From Mytilus californianus (Eukaryota): 64,000 nt of DNA. The DNA is taken from NCBI RefSeq assembly GCF_021869535.1, contig NW_026262690.1, positions 82,770,001-82,834,000 of the forward strand, in the 5' to 3' direction. Below the pieces are notes generated by a model. The model ran no database searches. It saw only the letters and a list, made by a program, of their open reading frames with translations, and was not told the origin of the DNA. The translations under genes were made by a program, and so were the position numbers. The number at the start of each line of letters is the position of its first letter. Position 1 is the stretch's first letter. This document shows, one piece after another, positions 62,514 through 64,000 of this stretch.

Positions 62514-63542
62514 GTCAAGAACATGATATCCTGAACAACAGCAAGGTTTAAATATATTTTTTTTTAATTGCTTCCAATTTTAATATAAAATCTCTATAAC
62601 TTTATATAGTTTAACTGAAGTATGTTGCTCTATAACAATTTACTTATCAGTTTATAGTATTGGCCAGCATATTCGAGTGTTTGTTAGATATCTAGGGAAA
62701 AATATTAAGAATACATTGTCGAAACATTTTTCAAAATATAAAATATTACAGTATATGGTCAAAGTATTACTTTTCTTAACTAATTTTGTAATAAAAACAT
62801 ATATTACCTAGCAATCAATTAAATATTACCTCATACAAACAGGAATGATGGTAGGCCTGTCCACATCTACTGTCATTACATACTTCATTGGGTAATTCTG
62901 TGTCAAGTTTATACGAATAACAGATCCCACATTCCATACTGAACTCCTGAAAATATATAAACTAGATATAAAACCATAACCTAATTAGTATAGCCCAAGT
63001 AATAATTGTATAAAAATATGAACTGGAGGAGTCAGAAGTTTGTGGTTGGTGTGGTCTAATGTGCCCTCCAGTATTTTTGGTGATTGGTGATATACTGTTT
63101 ATATTTATTATTAGCTTGATGGTTGTTTTTGGTTGTATCTTAGTGTTATTATACTTTATGTTGATTGCAGATTTTTGGTAGTTTCTATTGAATTTATTCA
63201 AAACTTGTATAGACTCTGTGCTATTTAGAGTTTGACATGTCATATAGACATTGGTCTTTTAATAATCCCTTTTTTTAATTGTGGATGTCTTTTCTGGTTT
63301 GACTATGTTGTTGCAGTGATGTATACTAAACTTCTTAATTTATTTATAGCTTTCCCTCTTTATTATTTTCAACCCACTATATAAATCTAATTATTTCCAA
63401 GGAAACAAAGACTATAGAAGGAAGTTTTGTTAAATGTAATGAGATTGGACCATGCAAGATTCATAAATTAAATCTCACATAACAAGTTTCTCCTAATTCA
63501 TTGTCCAGTAAAAACAAAGACTGGCAAGTCTGGCATGTTAAG

Positions 63543-64000
63543 AAACTAGAGGCTCTAAAGAGCCTGTGTTGCTCACCTTGGTCTATGTGCATATTAAACA
63601 AAGGACACAGATGGATTCATGACAAAATTGTGTTTTGGTGATGGTGATGTGTTTGTAGATCTTACTTTACTGAACATTCTTGCTGCTTACAATTATCTCT
63701 ATCTATAATGAACTTTGCCCAGTAGTTACAGTGGAAAATATTTTGTAAAAATTTACAAAAATTTACAAAATTTATGAAAATTGTAAAAAATTGACTATAA
63801 AGGGCAATAACTCATTAAGGGGTCAATTGACAATTTTGGTCATGTTGACTTATTTGTAGATCTTACTTTGCTGTACATTATTGATGTTTACAGTTTATCT
63901 CTATCTATAATAATATTCAAGATAATAACCAAAAGCTGCAAAATTTTCTTAAAATTACCAAATCAGGGGCAGCAACCCAACAACGTGTTGCCTGATTGGT
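63543..64000 (+). mobile_element. HINE-like element truncated by the window end
   Basis: Starts AAACTAGAGGCTCTAAAGAGCCTGTG (small 5' hairpin). Internal repeated block TTTGTAGATCTTACTTT..TATCTCTATCTATAAT occurs at 63653 and 63854. Confidence 0.55.

Overview
This is AT-rich (roughly 30-33% GC by eye), intron-containing animal genomic DNA. The repeat families and gene content suggest a bivalve mollusc, probably a Mytilus-like mussel (inference, not checked against a database). I reconstructed four spliced genes by hand using GT-AG sites and exon phase. (1) A + strand gene (14076 to about 26.2-28.7 kb) encodes 3 ankyrin repeats plus a ZU5-ZU5-UPA module with no visible death domain, i.e. a miniature ankyrin-like protein. 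(2) A - strand SPATA45-like sperm/cilia gene has its main exon at 34730-34502 and a near-consensus RFX X-box just upstream. (3) A - strand 12-exon LRRC74-like leucine-rich-repeat gene spans 44864-37322 (440 aa). (4) A + strand 5-exon, 384-aa type I membrane protein (48237-58846) has the layout signal peptide, C-type lectin, PAN/apple, Cys-rich stalk, TM. The rest is dense with non-autonomous mobile DNA: Helentron/HINE-like elements, MITEs, a 5'-truncated LINE, and a fully delimited, internally deleted 1.94-kb hAT transposon with an exact 8-bp TSD. There are also mini- and microsatellites. I found no rRNA, intact tRNA or CRISPR array. Most entries in the ORF track are spurious or come from repeats.
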